A stretch of DNA of 64,000 nt from positions 96,001 through 160,000 of the forward strand of contig CAVRCJ010000005.1 of assembly GCA_963719515.1 (NCBI GenBank), given 5' to 3'. The position numbers and the translations under genes are program-made. The DNA comes from an uncultured cyanobacterium. Its GTDB lineage: Bacteria; Cyanobacteriota; Cyanobacteriia; CAKZMO01. Positions 53,423 through 64,000 of the stretch are shown here, in pieces. Every line of letters begins with the position of its first letter. The first letter of the stretch is position 1. Below the pieces are notes generated by a model. The model did not search any database. It saw only the letters and a program-made list of their open reading frames with translations, and was not told where the DNA came from.

Positions 53423-53791
53423 ATGTTACCTCTAACTCACCTATCGCCCCTCACCGAGGCGGCGGCACAGTTCGCTGCAGCAGGTGGCCCGCTCGATCCC
53501 CTGCTCATTGAAGGGCCAGCTAACACCCCCATCCCCCCAACCCTAATCGAGCCCGCCCCCGCGCCGGGATGCGTTGGTCCTTCAAGACCAGTCGAAGACT
53601 CACATCTGCGCCACCTGATTATCGGCTCCCCCGATGGAGTACAAGACGCCGTCGCCCGTCTGCACCTGCTGCACTACGTGGAGCGACGCTACTGGACGCC
53701 GCTGATTGCCATCCGCGATCGCGGCATCCACCTCACCCCCACCCATGGCCAAGTGCTCAGCTACCTAGTGCAGCAGCGGCCTATTCGCTAG
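53423..53791 (+). CDS. small hypothetical protein, homolog of 26423-26674
   Basis: GGAG ribosome-binding site; HLRHLIIGSPDGVQDAVARLHLLHYVE...WTPL. Confidence 0.65.
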   Translation: MLPLTHLSPLTEAAAQFAAAGGPLDPLLIEGPANTPIPPTLIEPAPAPGCVGPSRPVEDSHLRHLIIGSPDGVQDAVARLHLLHYVERRYWTPLIAIRDRGIHLTPTHGQVLSYLVQQRPIR

Positions 53792-54077
53792 CGCGGCCTG
53801 TCGCATTAGACACCGCTTGTCGCTGCCGCTTCAGCAAGGCTCATCTTGCTTGGGCTACTTGCTGCTTGGGCTGCAGCGGTGCAAACAAATCGAGGCCGCT
53901 CAACCTGTAATATCACCGCACTAGCCAGAGGCTCATTCGCAGCTGAAATCGGAGCCAAAGCGCTGATGGATACTCTCACCCTCTGTGCGCCAGCATCTTG
54001 TAATCGCAGGCGATCGCTCCAGCAAAATCGCAAGAAACCCCTTATCGTAATCAGTACGCACGACACCCGATCGCACC

Positions 54078-55508
54078 ATGACCGACCTGATTTTATTCTG
54101 GCACCGCCGAGACCTGCGCCTCTCGGACAATGTGGGCCTCGCCGCCGCCCGTAGTCAAAGCCCCAAGGTCGCTGGCGTCTTTTGCCTCGACCCCAACCTG
54201 CTAGAGGCAGACGACGTCGCCCCCGCTCGCGTCACATACATGATGGAGAGCTTAGAAGAGCTGCGGGACGGCTACGCTCAGGCGGGAGGCCAGCTGCTGA
54301 TTCTGCAAGACGACCCCACAAAGGCAATTCCCGCCCTGGCCCAGGCCCTGAGCGCTACGGCAGTCTTTTGGAACTGGGACGTCGAGCCCTATGCCCAAGC
54401 ACGCGATCGCCAGGTGCGCGAAGCCCTCAAGGAAATTGGCGTACAGGTCCATACCAGCTGGGATCAGCTGCTGCACGCGCCAGGGGAGGTGCGCACCAAC
54501 GCCGGAGACCCCTATACGGTATACACGCCCTTTTGGAAGAACTGGAGGACTCACCCCAAGGCCGCCCCTGAACCGAAGTTTTCAGAGGCTGAAGGGCTTT
54601 CCTCCAGCGAAAAGCAGGCCGCTGAGGCGGCGGGGGCGATCGCGCTGCCCACCGCCAAAGACCTGGGCTTTGAGTGGGACAATCCGCTGCTGCTGGCCCC
54701 CGGCGAAGCCGCAGCCCTAGAGCGACTAGAAGAGTTTTGCGACGGCGATCGCACCATTGCCGAGTACGACGACCAGCGCAACTTTCCGGCGGTGCCCGGC
54801 ACCTCTCATTTGAGCGCAGCCCTCAAATTTGGCACCCTGGGCATCCGCACCGCCTGGGAGCAGGCCGACGAGGCGCTCAGCCGCTCTCGCAGTGACGACA
54901 CCCAGCGCAACATCGAGACCTGGGAGAAGGAGCTGGCCTGGCGAGAGTTCTATCAGCACGCCATGTACTTCTTCCCGCAGCTGGCGGAGGGGCCTTACCG
55001 AGACCCCTTCAAAGATTTTCCCTGGGAGAACAACGAAGAGCACTTTCAGGCCTGGTGCGAAGGTCGCACCGGCTACCCCATCGTCGATGCCGCCATGCGC
55101 CAGCTCAACGAACTGGGCTGGATGCACAACCGCTGCCGAATGATTGTGGCCAGCTTCTTGACCAAAGACCTGATTATCGACTGGCGCTGGGGAGAGAAAT
55201 ATTTTATGCAGCGGCTCTATGACGGTGACCTGTCGGCCAACAACGGCGGCTGGCAGTGGAGCGCCTCTAGCGGCATGGACCCCAAACCGCTGCGCATCTT
55301 CAACCCCGCCAGCCAAGCCCAAAAATATGACCCAGAAGCGGAGTATATCCGGGAATGGCTCCCGGAGCTGCGCAGTGTGGATACAGGGCCGCTGGTGACG
55401 GGGAATATCCCGGAAGATGAGCGCGATCGCTGCGGGTATGGGCCGCCCATTGTGGACCACAAGCAGCAGCAGCGACACTTTAAGGAGATCTACAAGGCTC
55501 AAAAGTAG
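54078..55508 (+). CDS. phrB: deoxyribodipyrimidine photolyase
   Basis: WHRRDLRLSDN, WREFY, GRTGYPIVDAAM, WMHNRCRM and NNGGWQW motifs. Confidence 0.9.
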   Translation: MTDLILFWHRRDLRLSDNVGLAAARSQSPKVAGVFCLDPNLLEADDVAPARVTYMMESLEELRDGYAQAGGQLLILQDDPTKAIPALAQALSATAVFWNWDVEPYAQARDRQVREALKEIGVQVHTSWDQLLHAPGEVRTNAGDPYTVYTPFWKNWRTHPKAAPEPKFSEAEGLSSSEKQAAEAAGAIALPTAKDLGFEWDNPLLLAPGEAAALERLEEFCDGDRTIAEYDDQRNFPAVPGTSHLSAALKFGTLGIRTAWEQADEALSRSRSDDTQRNIETWEKELAWREFYQHAMYFFPQLAEGPYRDPFKDFPWENNEEHFQAWCEGRTGYPIVDAAMRQLNELGWMHNRCRMIVASFLTKDLIIDWRWGEKYFMQRLYDGDLSANNGGWQWSASSGMDPKPLRIFNPASQAQKYDPEAEYIREWLPELRSVDTGPLVTGNIPEDERDRCGYGPPIVDHKQQQRHFKEIYKAQK

Positions 55509-55617
55509 TGCCTTACTGACGCCCGCTATAATCACGCTACTTGCCATCACGCCAGCTGCGTTGGTTCAAGTTCAGCAAAATTTTCACACCATGCCCTATC
55601 GATTGAGGAAAAACGCT

Positions 55618-56031
55618 ATGTCAGATTTAACCGGTGCCTGGCTCGGAACCTATTGGCAAAACGGCCAGCCCACTCGCTTTGAAGTGACCTTTATCCAGGC
55701 CGGCAACACCCTCACAGGCCGCATCTTAGACGACAGTAACCTCGGTGAAGCGCAGCTCAGCGGCGACGTCACGGGTCGCCGCGTTAGCTTCACCAAACGC
55801 TATATCACCACCACGAGCCTCCCCATCGAGTACACGGGCACGGTGGCAGAAGACGAGGGCTTTATGTCTGGCGTATGGCAGATTGGCCCTCGCCAGAAGG
55901 GAAATTGGGAGGCCCACCGCACGGGCGAGAGCTTAGTGGCCGAGCTGAATGAGCAGCTAGAGCGCCAGCCTGCCCTCACCGCCCCTGCCACCCCTGCCGC
56001 TCCCGCCGCCGCACCCACGGCAGGCGGCTAG
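55618..56031 (+). CDS. hypothetical beta-rich protein
   Basis: MSDLTGAWLGTYWQ...FTKRY...YTG...GVW; gene-like ORF. Confidence 0.65.
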   Translation: MSDLTGAWLGTYWQNGQPTRFEVTFIQAGNTLTGRILDDSNLGEAQLSGDVTGRRVSFTKRYITTTSLPIEYTGTVAEDEGFMSGVWQIGPRQKGNWEAHRTGESLVAELNEQLERQPALTAPATPAAPAAAPTAGG

Positions 56032-58349
56032 ACCTCAATCACCACTCGCAGGTTGCCCCGCTTGCGCACAACGCGGCAGGCGGTAGTTTCATTAGGGCGC
56101 TCAAATTCCAGATCGAGCACCGTTTGGCCCACCTTGAGGTTCTGTAAGGATAGGTAGTGAACCGAGGGGGGCAAGGTGGGATTGACGATCCGCAGACAGT
56201 TATTAGGTGCGTCGGGGATTAGGTTTGCCATAATCTGCAGGATCTGAAAGATGGTTCCCGTCGCCCAGGCTTGCGGAGAGCAGGCCACCGGGTAGCGCAC
56301 CGGGCTGCTCTGGGGCGTCCGGTCAAATCCGCAAAACAGCTCTGGGGGACGTTGGTAAGGCTGTTGAATAGTCATGTCTATCAGCCCCTGGGCCACCTCA
56401 AACGCCTGCTCCGTAAATCCGAGCGATCGCAGACCCACAATAGTCATGCCGTTGTCGTGGGGCCACACGGACCCTACGTGATACCCCATGGGGTTATAGG
56501 CGGGGGAAACGCTGCTGAGGGTGCGAATGCCCCAGCCGCTAAACATATCGGGAGCCCGGAGGCGCTCAGCCACGCTGCGGGCTTTGTCTGGTGACAGGAT
56601 ACCCGAGTCTAGACAGTGGCCTGGATTTGAGGCGATGCTGTCCACCTGATTGCCAGCGCCATCGAGGGCCAGCGCCAAATACCCCTGCTCCGGCATCCAA
56701 AAGTCTTGCTCAAACTGTGCCTTTAGCTCCTCCGCCTGCTGCTGCCAGCGCTGAGCTAGGTCGAGGCGTCCTTTAACGCGGGCCAGCTGACTCAGCCGCA
56801 GTCTAGCGGCGTAGACGTACCCCTGCACCTCCGACAGGGCGATCGCCCCTTGGGCCAGCTCCCCCTTAGCGTTGACGATGCCGTCCTCTGAGTCCTTCCA
56901 GCCCTGGTTACGCAGCCCGCCAGAGGATTCGCGCTCGTAGGTTACGTAGCCCGTTTTGCTAGAGCGCTGATCAACCCAGGCCATGGCGGCTAGGGCAGGC
57001 TCCCACAGCTGGTCCAATAGGCCGCGATTTCCCGTCCAGGCATAGTAGTCGGCGTAGAGAATCAGCCAGAGGGGCGTAGCGTCGATGGTGCCATAGTAGG
57101 GCGTGTGGGGAATCTCATCGTTGCGGGCCATCTCTCCCAACCGCAGCTCGTGCAAAATTTTACCCGGCTCTTCCTCCCGCCAGGTGTTCGTCTCTTTGCC
57201 CTGATACTCCGCCAGCACGGTGAGGGTTTGGCGGGCAATCTCTGGGTTGAGGACCAGGGTTTGCTGCGCCGCAATGATGGAGTCTCGGCCAAACAGCGTA
57301 GAAAACCAGGGAATCCCGGCGGAGAGGATTTTGCCGGTGCCGAAGGTCTGCCCCAGGGCGTAAACGTCCTGCTCGCCCCGCTCAATGGTGGCGTTGAGGG
57401 AGCGATTGTCGGTGCGAATTTGCGTCGTGCGATCGCGCCAGATCTTCTCCTCCATGGTTTCTGCGGCGATGGCTTGCCCCAAGGTAGCGGGGATGCTGAC
57501 GGAAGAGGCGGAGTGACCGTCTAAAAACGGCTGTAAGCGATAGCCCAAAACTTCGGTGGCGTGGGGCTGCAGCGTAATCTGCCAGACGGCGGTATACCCC
57601 TGGGCAAAATCAGGCCGTCGCTTGTAGAACTGAATCTGAGATTCCATCAGCAGCTGGTCGACGCCCTGATAGGCCAGCACCAGCGCTTTCGTTTCTCCCC
57701 CCGCAGAGCCATCGTCGAAGACGAGGTTGTCCGGCGTTCCCTCGTCAGGGCGAATCGGACGCATCAGCGTCCCCGTCTGCGGGCGCACGCGGCCTCGAAT
57801 CTCAAACAGGTCCGCAAAATCGGCGTCTAGACTCAGGCTAATTTCGAATGCTGCAGGCTGGGTGCTGTAGTTGGTAAGGGTGAGCTCCTCAAACAGCCCG
57901 CCCTGCAGCACTAGATCCCGCTGGATACCGATGGTCTCTGAGGGAATATTCTCGGTTTGAGGATTAGCGCACAGCACAGACAGGGTAAAGCCTCGGTGAG
58001 CAGTACTGCTCAATAGAATGGGGGGCTGCTTTTCAAACTGCAGCTCTAAGCGGCTGAGGAAACGAGCGTCTTGGCAAAACAGTCCCAAACTATCATCGAC
58101 CTCGTCGTCCAGACAACCCGAGATATTGCCCAGGGTATCTGTAATCAAAAACAAATCGTTATCTTTTAGGGTTAACGTCGGCTGCTGACGCTTAACCGTC
58201 GTGCAGCCCCAGTCTGGAAGGGGAACCTGCTGCGCTGGGGCAAAGATCCGTCCCTCTGACTTAAGGAAGGAAGACGCTGACCTTCTGTCTGGCTCAGTCT
58301 TGGATGAAGATTCCATTGGCGTATTCGGGGGTGAAGGAGTACTGGTCAT
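56028..58349 (-). CDS. amylo-alpha-1,6-glucosidase family protein
   Basis: AGIPWFSTLFGRD, GKILHE, NQGWKDS, YHVGSVWPHD and PQAW motifs. Confidence 0.9.
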   Translation of the reverse strand: MTSTPSPPNTPMESSSKTEPDRRSASSFLKSEGRIFAPAQQVPLPDWGCTTVKRQQPTLTLKDNDLFLITDTLGNISGCLDDEVDDSLGLFCQDARFLSRLELQFEKQPPILLSSTAHRGFTLSVLCANPQTENIPSETIGIQRDLVLQGGLFEELTLTNYSTQPAAFEISLSLDADFADLFEIRGRVRPQTGTLMRPIRPDEGTPDNLVFDDGSAGGETKALVLAYQGVDQLLMESQIQFYKRRPDFAQGYTAVWQITLQPHATEVLGYRLQPFLDGHSASSVSIPATLGQAIAAETMEEKIWRDRTTQIRTDNRSLNATIERGEQDVYALGQTFGTGKILSAGIPWFSTLFGRDSIIAAQQTLVLNPEIARQTLTVLAEYQGKETNTWREEEPGKILHELRLGEMARNDEIPHTPYYGTIDATPLWLILYADYYAWTGNRGLLDQLWEPALAAMAWVDQRSSKTGYVTYERESSGGLRNQGWKDSEDGIVNAKGELAQGAIALSEVQGYVYAARLRLSQLARVKGRLDLAQRWQQQAEELKAQFEQDFWMPEQGYLALALDGAGNQVDSIASNPGHCLDSGILSPDKARSVAERLRAPDMFSGWGIRTLSSVSPAYNPMGYHVGSVWPHDNGMTIVGLRSLGFTEQAFEVAQGLIDMTIQQPYQRPPELFCGFDRTPQSSPVRYPVACSPQAWATGTIFQILQIMANLIPDAPNNCLRIVNPTLPPSVHYLSLQNLKVGQTVLDLEFERPNETTACRVVRKRGNLRVVIEV

Positions 58350-58461
58350 TGCAACAGCGGCTAGACCTAAACTGCTAGGAGTGGTTGGGAACTAAGATAG
58401 TTAACCGCTTCAGCTGCAGGCTGACTACCTATCTAGGGCTATAGGGCAGAGGGTTTCTTGA

Positions 58462-58611
58462 AGAGGATGTTTGAAAAGTATCGGTTGGAGCGGTGTGCTC
58501 CTGCTTCAACCCCCCTCAATTCCCCCTTAACTTTGGCGTTAGCCTGCCCGCAGGACGTAGGGGAGTTAGAAGGGGTAACGCAGCACTTTTGTGACTTTTC
58601 AAACGCCCTCT
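58462..58611. mobile_element. MITE (150 bp)
   Basis: 18-bp inverted repeats AGAGGATGTTTGAAAAGT and AGAGGGCGTTTGAAAAGT. Confidence 0.65.
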
Positions 58612-59207
58612 AAGAAAATCTCTGCTGCTCGCAGCGGCTTATACCTGCTGCTTGAGCATATTTTTTAGCCTACAACAAGCCTATAAGATTTGTTGCTAAT
58701 AGCTGAAAAACTAAAGAGTTGAACAAAAGAGCCTAGCTTATTTACAGAGGTGTTTTAAATCTAAAGGGGTTACATTTTTCTTTGAGGTTTAATTCAGTCT
58801 GCGAGTTCCCTCTTGAGGAAGATTCTAATTTTGGTCAGCCAATATAATCTGACTAAGCTACTCTGCTAGCATTATCCACTTCAGCTAGCTTTTCCAATGG
58901 ATTCGCCTCAATTTGTAGGCCAGCTCGCTAGTAGGTCCGCTCACCAGAAGGAGCTAGGCCGTAGATTCATTCGGTTTGAAAAGCATCATCAGGGACGTCG
59001 AACGGATTGGCTTTGACCTCTCACAAAGTTTGGCTAGAGCAGTCTCACTTTTTTGCACAAGCGATATGCCGAAATCGGCTAAGGAAACGGAGCTTCCCAG
59101 CCTAAGTGAAATTCAGGCCCTCTGAACTTTTATGACAAAGCTCTCGGAAAGTACAGATTTAAAACTTAGCATTTTTTGGTTCTTTAGAGTTTCTAAACGG
59201 AGTTTTT

Positions 59208-60284
59208 ATGCGGATTGCTCAAATTGCTCCTCTATGGGAAAGAGTTCCCCCACCCGCCTACGGTGGGATTGAGTTGATTGTCAGTCTATTGACCGACGAA
59301 TTAGTTGCCCGCGGACATGAGGTCATCCTTTGTGCGTCCGGAGACTCCATTACTGCGGCAGAGCTACACGCCGTCCACCCGACCGCGCTGCGCCTCGATC
59401 CAGACGTCAAAGAGCCGGGCATTTACGAGTCGATGCATCTCAATCGCCTCTACAAAGCCGCCCAAAATTTCGACATCATTCACTCCCACGTGGGCTGCGC
59501 CGCCCTGTCATTTGCCAACCTAGTCCAGACGCCGACGGTCCACACGCTCCACGGCGTTTTCACCCCCGACAACGAGAAGCTGTTTCGCTACGCCAGCGAG
59601 CAGCCCTATGTCAGCATTACGGACGCCCAGCGGCGGCCCAACGGGTTGAATTATAAGGCCACCGTCTACAACGGCATCGACATCAACGCTTTCACCTTTT
59701 ACCCCAAGCCTGCCGAGCCGCCTTATTTGGCGTTTCTGGCGCGGCTTTCCCCTGAAAAGGGTGTTCATCTGGCCATTGAAATTGCCAAGCGATCGGGGCT
59801 GCCCCTCAAAATGGCAGGTAAGGTGGATACGGTCGATCAGCAGTACTTTGAACAGGAAATTAAGCCGCAGATTGACGGGGAGCAAATTCAGTACCTAGGT
59901 GAGGTGAGCCACCGCGAGAAAAACGAGCTGATAGGCAATGCGATCGCCACGCTCTGTCCCATCACCTGGCCCGAGCCGTTTGGCCTAGTGATGACCGAAT
60001 CTATGGCCTCGGGAACGCCGGTAATCGGCATCGGCCTAGGATCTGTGCCGGAAGTCATTGCCCACGGCAAGAGCGGCTTTGTCTGTCAAACCGTTGAGGA
60101 TTGTGTGGCGGCGGTCCCTCGCGTGCCCGAGCTGAGCCGCCTAGCCTGCCGTGACCATGTGGCCACCCGCTTCAGCGTCAAGCAGATGGTAGACGGCTAT
60201 GAAGCGGTCTACCGACAGCTTTTGGCGGACAGGCTGACTGCGGTTAACGGCCATGTACCGCCCGCTCAGGCCTCCCTCGCGTAG
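59208..60284 (+). CDS. GT4 glycosyltransferase
   Basis: VPPPAYGGIE, PEKG and EPFGLVMTESMASGTPV motifs. Confidence 0.92.
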   Translation: MRIAQIAPLWERVPPPAYGGIELIVSLLTDELVARGHEVILCASGDSITAAELHAVHPTALRLDPDVKEPGIYESMHLNRLYKAAQNFDIIHSHVGCAALSFANLVQTPTVHTLHGVFTPDNEKLFRYASEQPYVSITDAQRRPNGLNYKATVYNGIDINAFTFYPKPAEPPYLAFLARLSPEKGVHLAIEIAKRSGLPLKMAGKVDTVDQQYFEQEIKPQIDGEQIQYLGEVSHREKNELIGNAIATLCPITWPEPFGLVMTESMASGTPVIGIGLGSVPEVIAHGKSGFVCQTVEDCVAAVPRVPELSRLACRDHVATRFSVKQMVDGYEAVYRQLLADRLTAVNGHVPPAQASLA

Positions 60285-60296
60285 GGCACCGGCTCC

Positions 60297-62183
60297 TCAG
60301 GCTTGGCCTTTCTGCATTGCCTCCCGCAACGCCGAGGTATCCCAAGCCTGGTCGGCATCCTGAGGCAGGTCGTCACCGTCCGACTGCAGAATCTGCCCCA
60401 GATCCTGAGTCAGCTGCTGCGATCGCGCCACGATGGTCCGTTCATCGCCCTGCATGTAGGCCATCTCCTGCATCGCCTCCTCATCGTGGTGCCTGAAGGT
60501 TTGAGCGGCGCGGTGGGCGCGGTAGGCGCGAAAGCCCAGCAGCTTCAGGGCGTCTGTTCCTAGGTCCAGCGCCGACTCAAAGGTTTCCCGCTCCACCACG
60601 CTCACCCCACGGCGAATCAGAGCGTAGGCGTGGCGGCGATCGGTAGCCCGCGCCAAAATCTTCAGGTGGGGAAAGTGCTTTTGCACCATGTCCACCGTCT
60701 GTAGAATGCGTTCAGGGTCGTCAATGGCCACCACAAACAGCCGGGCATGCTCGGCTCCCGCCGCGTGCAGCAGGTCCAGCCGCGACGAATCGCCGTAGAA
60801 TACCTTGTGGCCAAATTTGCGCAGCATCTCGATGTGGGAGGCGTCGTGGTCAAGCACGGTAGCCTCAAAGCCGTTGGCAATTAGCAGCCGCCCCACAACT
60901 TGGCCAAAGCGCCCGAACCCGGCGATGATCACCGGGGTTTCCCCGTCATCAATGTCGTCGGCCTCTCTGTCTACCCTGGGCGCGGCGAAGCGGGGCTGAA
61001 TCAGGCGATCGTTGGCAATCAGTACTAGGGGCGTCAGGGCCATAGATAGGGCCACCACCACGACCAGGGGACCCGTCACCTCAGTGGGCAGCACCCGGCT
61101 CTGCTCGGCAAAAGAGAACAGCACAAAGCCGAACTCTCCCCCCTGAGCTAGGGCTAGGGCAAACAGCGCATTGGCGCTCGGGGTGAGGCGAAACCCCCGG
61201 CCCAGCCCAAACAAAATCATCCCTTTGACCACCATCAGCCCGATGACTAATCCCAAAATTAGCAGCGGCTGGCGAAATAAGATATTGAAGTTGATGCTCG
61301 CCCCGACGGAGATAAAGAATAGCCCCAGCAGCAGCCCCTTAAAGGGCTCAATGTTGGTCTCTAGCTCGTGGCGATATTCGTTCTCCGCCAGCACCACCCC
61401 CGCCACAAAGGTGCCCAAGGCCGGAGACAGGCCCACCAGCTGCATCAGCAGGGTAATGCCGATCACCAGCAGCAGCGCTGTCGCCGTAAAGATTTCCCGC
61501 AGCCGCGTATCGGCAATGAAGCGAAATACCGGGCGCATCAGGAATCGTCCCGCCACGATGATGCCCACCACCACGCCCATGACCACCAGGGTTTGCTGCC
61601 ACCCCGAGAGGGAGGAGCCCTCCTGGGCCGCCACCAGCACCACTTTGGCCTGCACCTCAGGGCTCTCCAGCAGCGGCAGCAGCGCCAGCATGGGGATGAC
61701 GGCGATGTCCTGAAACAGCAGCACCGAAAAAGCGGACTGTCCCGCCTCGGTTTTCAGCAGCCCTTTTTCCTCTAAGGTTTGCAGCACAATGGCCGTCGAG
61801 GAGAGGGCGAAGATCATCCCTACCGCTAGGGCCATAGGCCAAGGGAGGCCAAACAGCAGACTCGCCCCGGCGATCGCCCCGGTGGTCAGCGCCACCTGCA
61901 GCCCCCCCAAGCCCAAAATCGGCCCCCGCATTCGCCACAGCAGGGAGGGCTGTAGCTCTAGGCCAATGATGAACAGCATCAGCACCACGCCAAACTCGGC
62001 GAAGTGCATCACGTCCTCCTGCTGCCCGCCCCCCACCAAACCCAGCACAAACGGCCCGATAATCACCCCGGCAATCAGGTAGCCCAGCACCGACCCTAGG
62101 CCCAGCCGCTTGGCCACCGGCACCGACAGCACGGCAGCCAGCAAATAGATAAACGCCTGAAAGAAAAAGCTGTCGCTATGCAC
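60297..62183 (-). CDS. CPA2 (KefB/KefC-like) K+ efflux antiporter
   Basis: LGLGSVLGYL, LLFQD, FKGLLLGLFF and the TrkA-N motif GFGRFGQ. Confidence 0.9.
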   Translation of the reverse strand: MHSDSFFFQAFIYLLAAVLSVPVAKRLGLGSVLGYLIAGVIIGPFVLGLVGGGQQEDVMHFAEFGVVLMLFIIGLELQPSLLWRMRGPILGLGGLQVALTTGAIAGASLLFGLPWPMALAVGMIFALSSTAIVLQTLEEKGLLKTEAGQSAFSVLLFQDIAVIPMLALLPLLESPEVQAKVVLVAAQEGSSLSGWQQTLVVMGVVVGIIVAGRFLMRPVFRFIADTRLREIFTATALLLVIGITLLMQLVGLSPALGTFVAGVVLAENEYRHELETNIEPFKGLLLGLFFISVGASINFNILFRQPLLILGLVIGLMVVKGMILFGLGRGFRLTPSANALFALALAQGGEFGFVLFSFAEQSRVLPTEVTGPLVVVVALSMALTPLVLIANDRLIQPRFAAPRVDREADDIDDGETPVIIAGFGRFGQVVGRLLIANGFEATVLDHDASHIEMLRKFGHKVFYGDSSRLDLLHAAGAEHARLFVVAIDDPERILQTVDMVQKHFPHLKILARATDRRHAYALIRRGVSVVERETFESALDLGTDALKLLGFRAYRAHRAAQTFRHHDEEAMQEMAYMQGDERTIVARSQQLTQDLGQILQSDGDDLPQDADQAWDTSALREAMQKGQA

Positions 62184-62820
62184 GGGCCACCTCCGAAGTC
62201 GTCTCGTCTCGCTTGAGGCTGTTTTGGCAGACGTCCTGGTCGATGGCGTAGTTGCTGTTCAGCTCGTCCCAGTCGATGGTGCGATCGCGGATGGCGGTGA
62301 TCAAGCTGCGGTAGCGATCGGCGTGAGGGGCAATTTGGCTCGTCTCCCGCAGCTGGTGGGTGCCGTAGACGACAAACGGCGGCAGGTACTCCATGCCGCA
62401 CAGCCGCGCCGTCTGCTCGAAGGGGGTCAGCAGCTCGCGGATGCTGTAGAAGTTATAGCCCTGACGGCAGTAGGCCGCTTTGGTGCCGCCTGTGGTGATG
62501 GCAGAAAAGCACTTCTTACCCTGCAGCGCGGTGCCCTCTTGGCCAAAGGCAAAGCCGTATTCCAAAACAAGGTCCTGCCACTCTTTGAGGATGGCGGGGC
62601 TGCTGTACCAGTAAAGGGGATGCTGGAACACGATGATATCGTGATTGACCAACAGCTGCTGCTCCCGCGCCACGTCAATATCGAACTGGGGGTAGGCTTC
62701 GTAGAGGTCGTGGATGGTGACGTGATCGAGCCCGTCAACCGCGTCGATGAGCTGACGGTTGACGCGGGATTTTTCTAGAACGGGATGGGCAAACAGAATC
62801 AGAATGCGGAGAGGAGTCAT
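62176..62820 (-). CDS. KefF/KefG-like NAD(P)H oxidoreductase
   Basis: FAHP, QHPLYWYS and LKEWQD motifs; coupled to the CPA2 gene. Confidence 0.9.
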   Translation of the reverse strand: MTPLRILILFAHPVLEKSRVNRQLIDAVDGLDHVTIHDLYEAYPQFDIDVAREQQLLVNHDIIVFQHPLYWYSSPAILKEWQDLVLEYGFAFGQEGTALQGKKCFSAITTGGTKAAYCRQGYNFYSIRELLTPFEQTARLCGMEYLPPFVVYGTHQLRETSQIAPHADRYRSLITAIRDRTIDWDELNSNYAIDQDVCQNSLKRDETTSEVARA

Positions 62821-63085
62821 GGGAAAGCTGCTTCGCGACTGCCTTGACGATTCGATAGGACCTGAGAATTTACTCAGTCACAGTATTATCCAACAGCCTA
62901 GCGCGCTGTTTGCTGGATGACGTATAGCAAATGTCCTGATGCTTAGGACATTTGCGCGCCGCATTGCCTATGCTATGCACAGGTTTGAGCCCACGACGTG
63001 GTCTAAGCAAGGTGGCCAAAGCTATATTTGCCCCGCCTCTACGAGCGGCATGTCGCCTCAGCCCCTAGGCCCTGCAGACTCCGGG

Positions 63086-63898
63086 TTAAAGCTCCGGCTC
63101 ACCCAGCTCCCGTAAGCGCTGTGCCAACTGCTCTGCCCGCTGCTCGGCGCTCTCCCGAGCGAGACGCTCTTGTTCAGTATCGGTCAGCAGCCAGTCACCC
63201 TCGCCGTCGCACCAGCGCAGCCAGCGTCCAGCCACGCCCTCAAAGTCTCCTTCCCACAAGCCAAGACCAATTCCTAAGTCTTCTAGCCAAATAGTGGACC
63301 GCTCAGCGCTCAAAGACTGCTCCTGGTAACGCCCCGCGATGAGCTGGAAGTATCGGAGGTGCTGCTTCCGTCTGCAGTAGACAAGGTAGTGGGGAATGCG
63401 TAGAAACTGCTCGTAGACCGTCAGTTTATCTGGCGTTGTGTCTGCAGGCTGAGACGGTCTTGCAGGCTCGCCGCTAATTTTATCGGCGCGGGTATAAAAC
63501 CGCCCGAGGTCTGAGGCTTCGGTGCCGGAAGAGAGAAACTCAATCGCGACGGTGGGCGATGTGCCCTCTTGCCAGACCACGTAGCTGCGGCGCAGGTCAT
63601 GCCCGTCGTAAAGTCTAGGAACGCCGACAGCAAGAAACCAATCGGGACGCTTGAACCACAGGGGATGGTGGACGTCGTAGTAGAGGTTCAGGTCTGAACT
63701 GCTGAACCACTGACTGCGGGTGTAGTCGGCTAGGGAAAGGGTGCGGGCGAGCAGCTGCGGCTGTAAACTATGAAACTCATCTGGCAAACCGGGCTCCCCT
63801 GGAAACTCGCTAGGCAAATCATACATGGTGGGCAGGGTCTTTCGAGGCGACAGGGGCGGATCGCCTTGGGGAACGGAATAGCCTGTGGAATATGCCAT
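63086..63898 (-). CDS. Uma2-family endonuclease
   Basis: GLPDEFH, RPDWF, SYVVWQEG and IEFLS motifs. Confidence 0.9.
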   Translation of the reverse strand: MAYSTGYSVPQGDPPLSPRKTLPTMYDLPSEFPGEPGLPDEFHSLQPQLLARTLSLADYTRSQWFSSSDLNLYYDVHHPLWFKRPDWFLAVGVPRLYDGHDLRRSYVVWQEGTSPTVAIEFLSSGTEASDLGRFYTRADKISGEPARPSQPADTTPDKLTVYEQFLRIPHYLVYCRRKQHLRYFQLIAGRYQEQSLSAERSTIWLEDLGIGLGLWEGDFEGVAGRWLRWCDGEGDWLLTDTEQERLARESAEQRAEQLAQRLRELGEPEL

Positions 63899-64000
63899 GG
63901 TGAGTGGCCTTGGGTGAGGATGTTTGCAGCGTTGGCTCTATCGCTCAGGGCAAAAATCAGCGGCCCAAAGCAGTGCATCGTCCGGGCAGTATGGCGCACT

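Noticed and set aside
54726..55550. Long antisense ORF and similar shadow ORFs over GC-rich genes
   Set aside because: They overlap well-supported genes on the other strand and carry no recognisable motifs.

Overview
Cyanobacterial chromosome segment. It has abundant HIP1 GCGATCGC sites, bciB, stpA and a photolyase, so the organism is probably salt tolerant. Housekeeping-type genes lie at about 1-8.7 kb and 39-64 kb, flanking a ~30 kb accessory and defence region. That region holds a type III-A (Csm) CRISPR-Cas locus: an intact Cas10 with GGDD but no visible HD motif, csm2-5 and cas6 broken by many single-base frameshifts, a cas1 remnant and a second Cas6 fused to an HTH. It also holds two long arrays, two mini-arrays sharing a conserved spacer, a TIR-SAVED-like effector, two PIN toxin-antitoxin pairs, several Uma2 genes and many IS200/IS605, IS110, IS5-like and MITE elements. 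The top finding is an IS110 element sitting exactly inside the terminal CRISPR repeat at a CT(TG) core. Its upstream non-coding RNA folds into two stem/internal-loop domains, and the first loop carries guide-like segments matching both halves of that repeat. It looks like a bridge-RNA recombinase programmed to integrate into CRISPR repeats. All alignments and folds were done by eye; no database searches were run.
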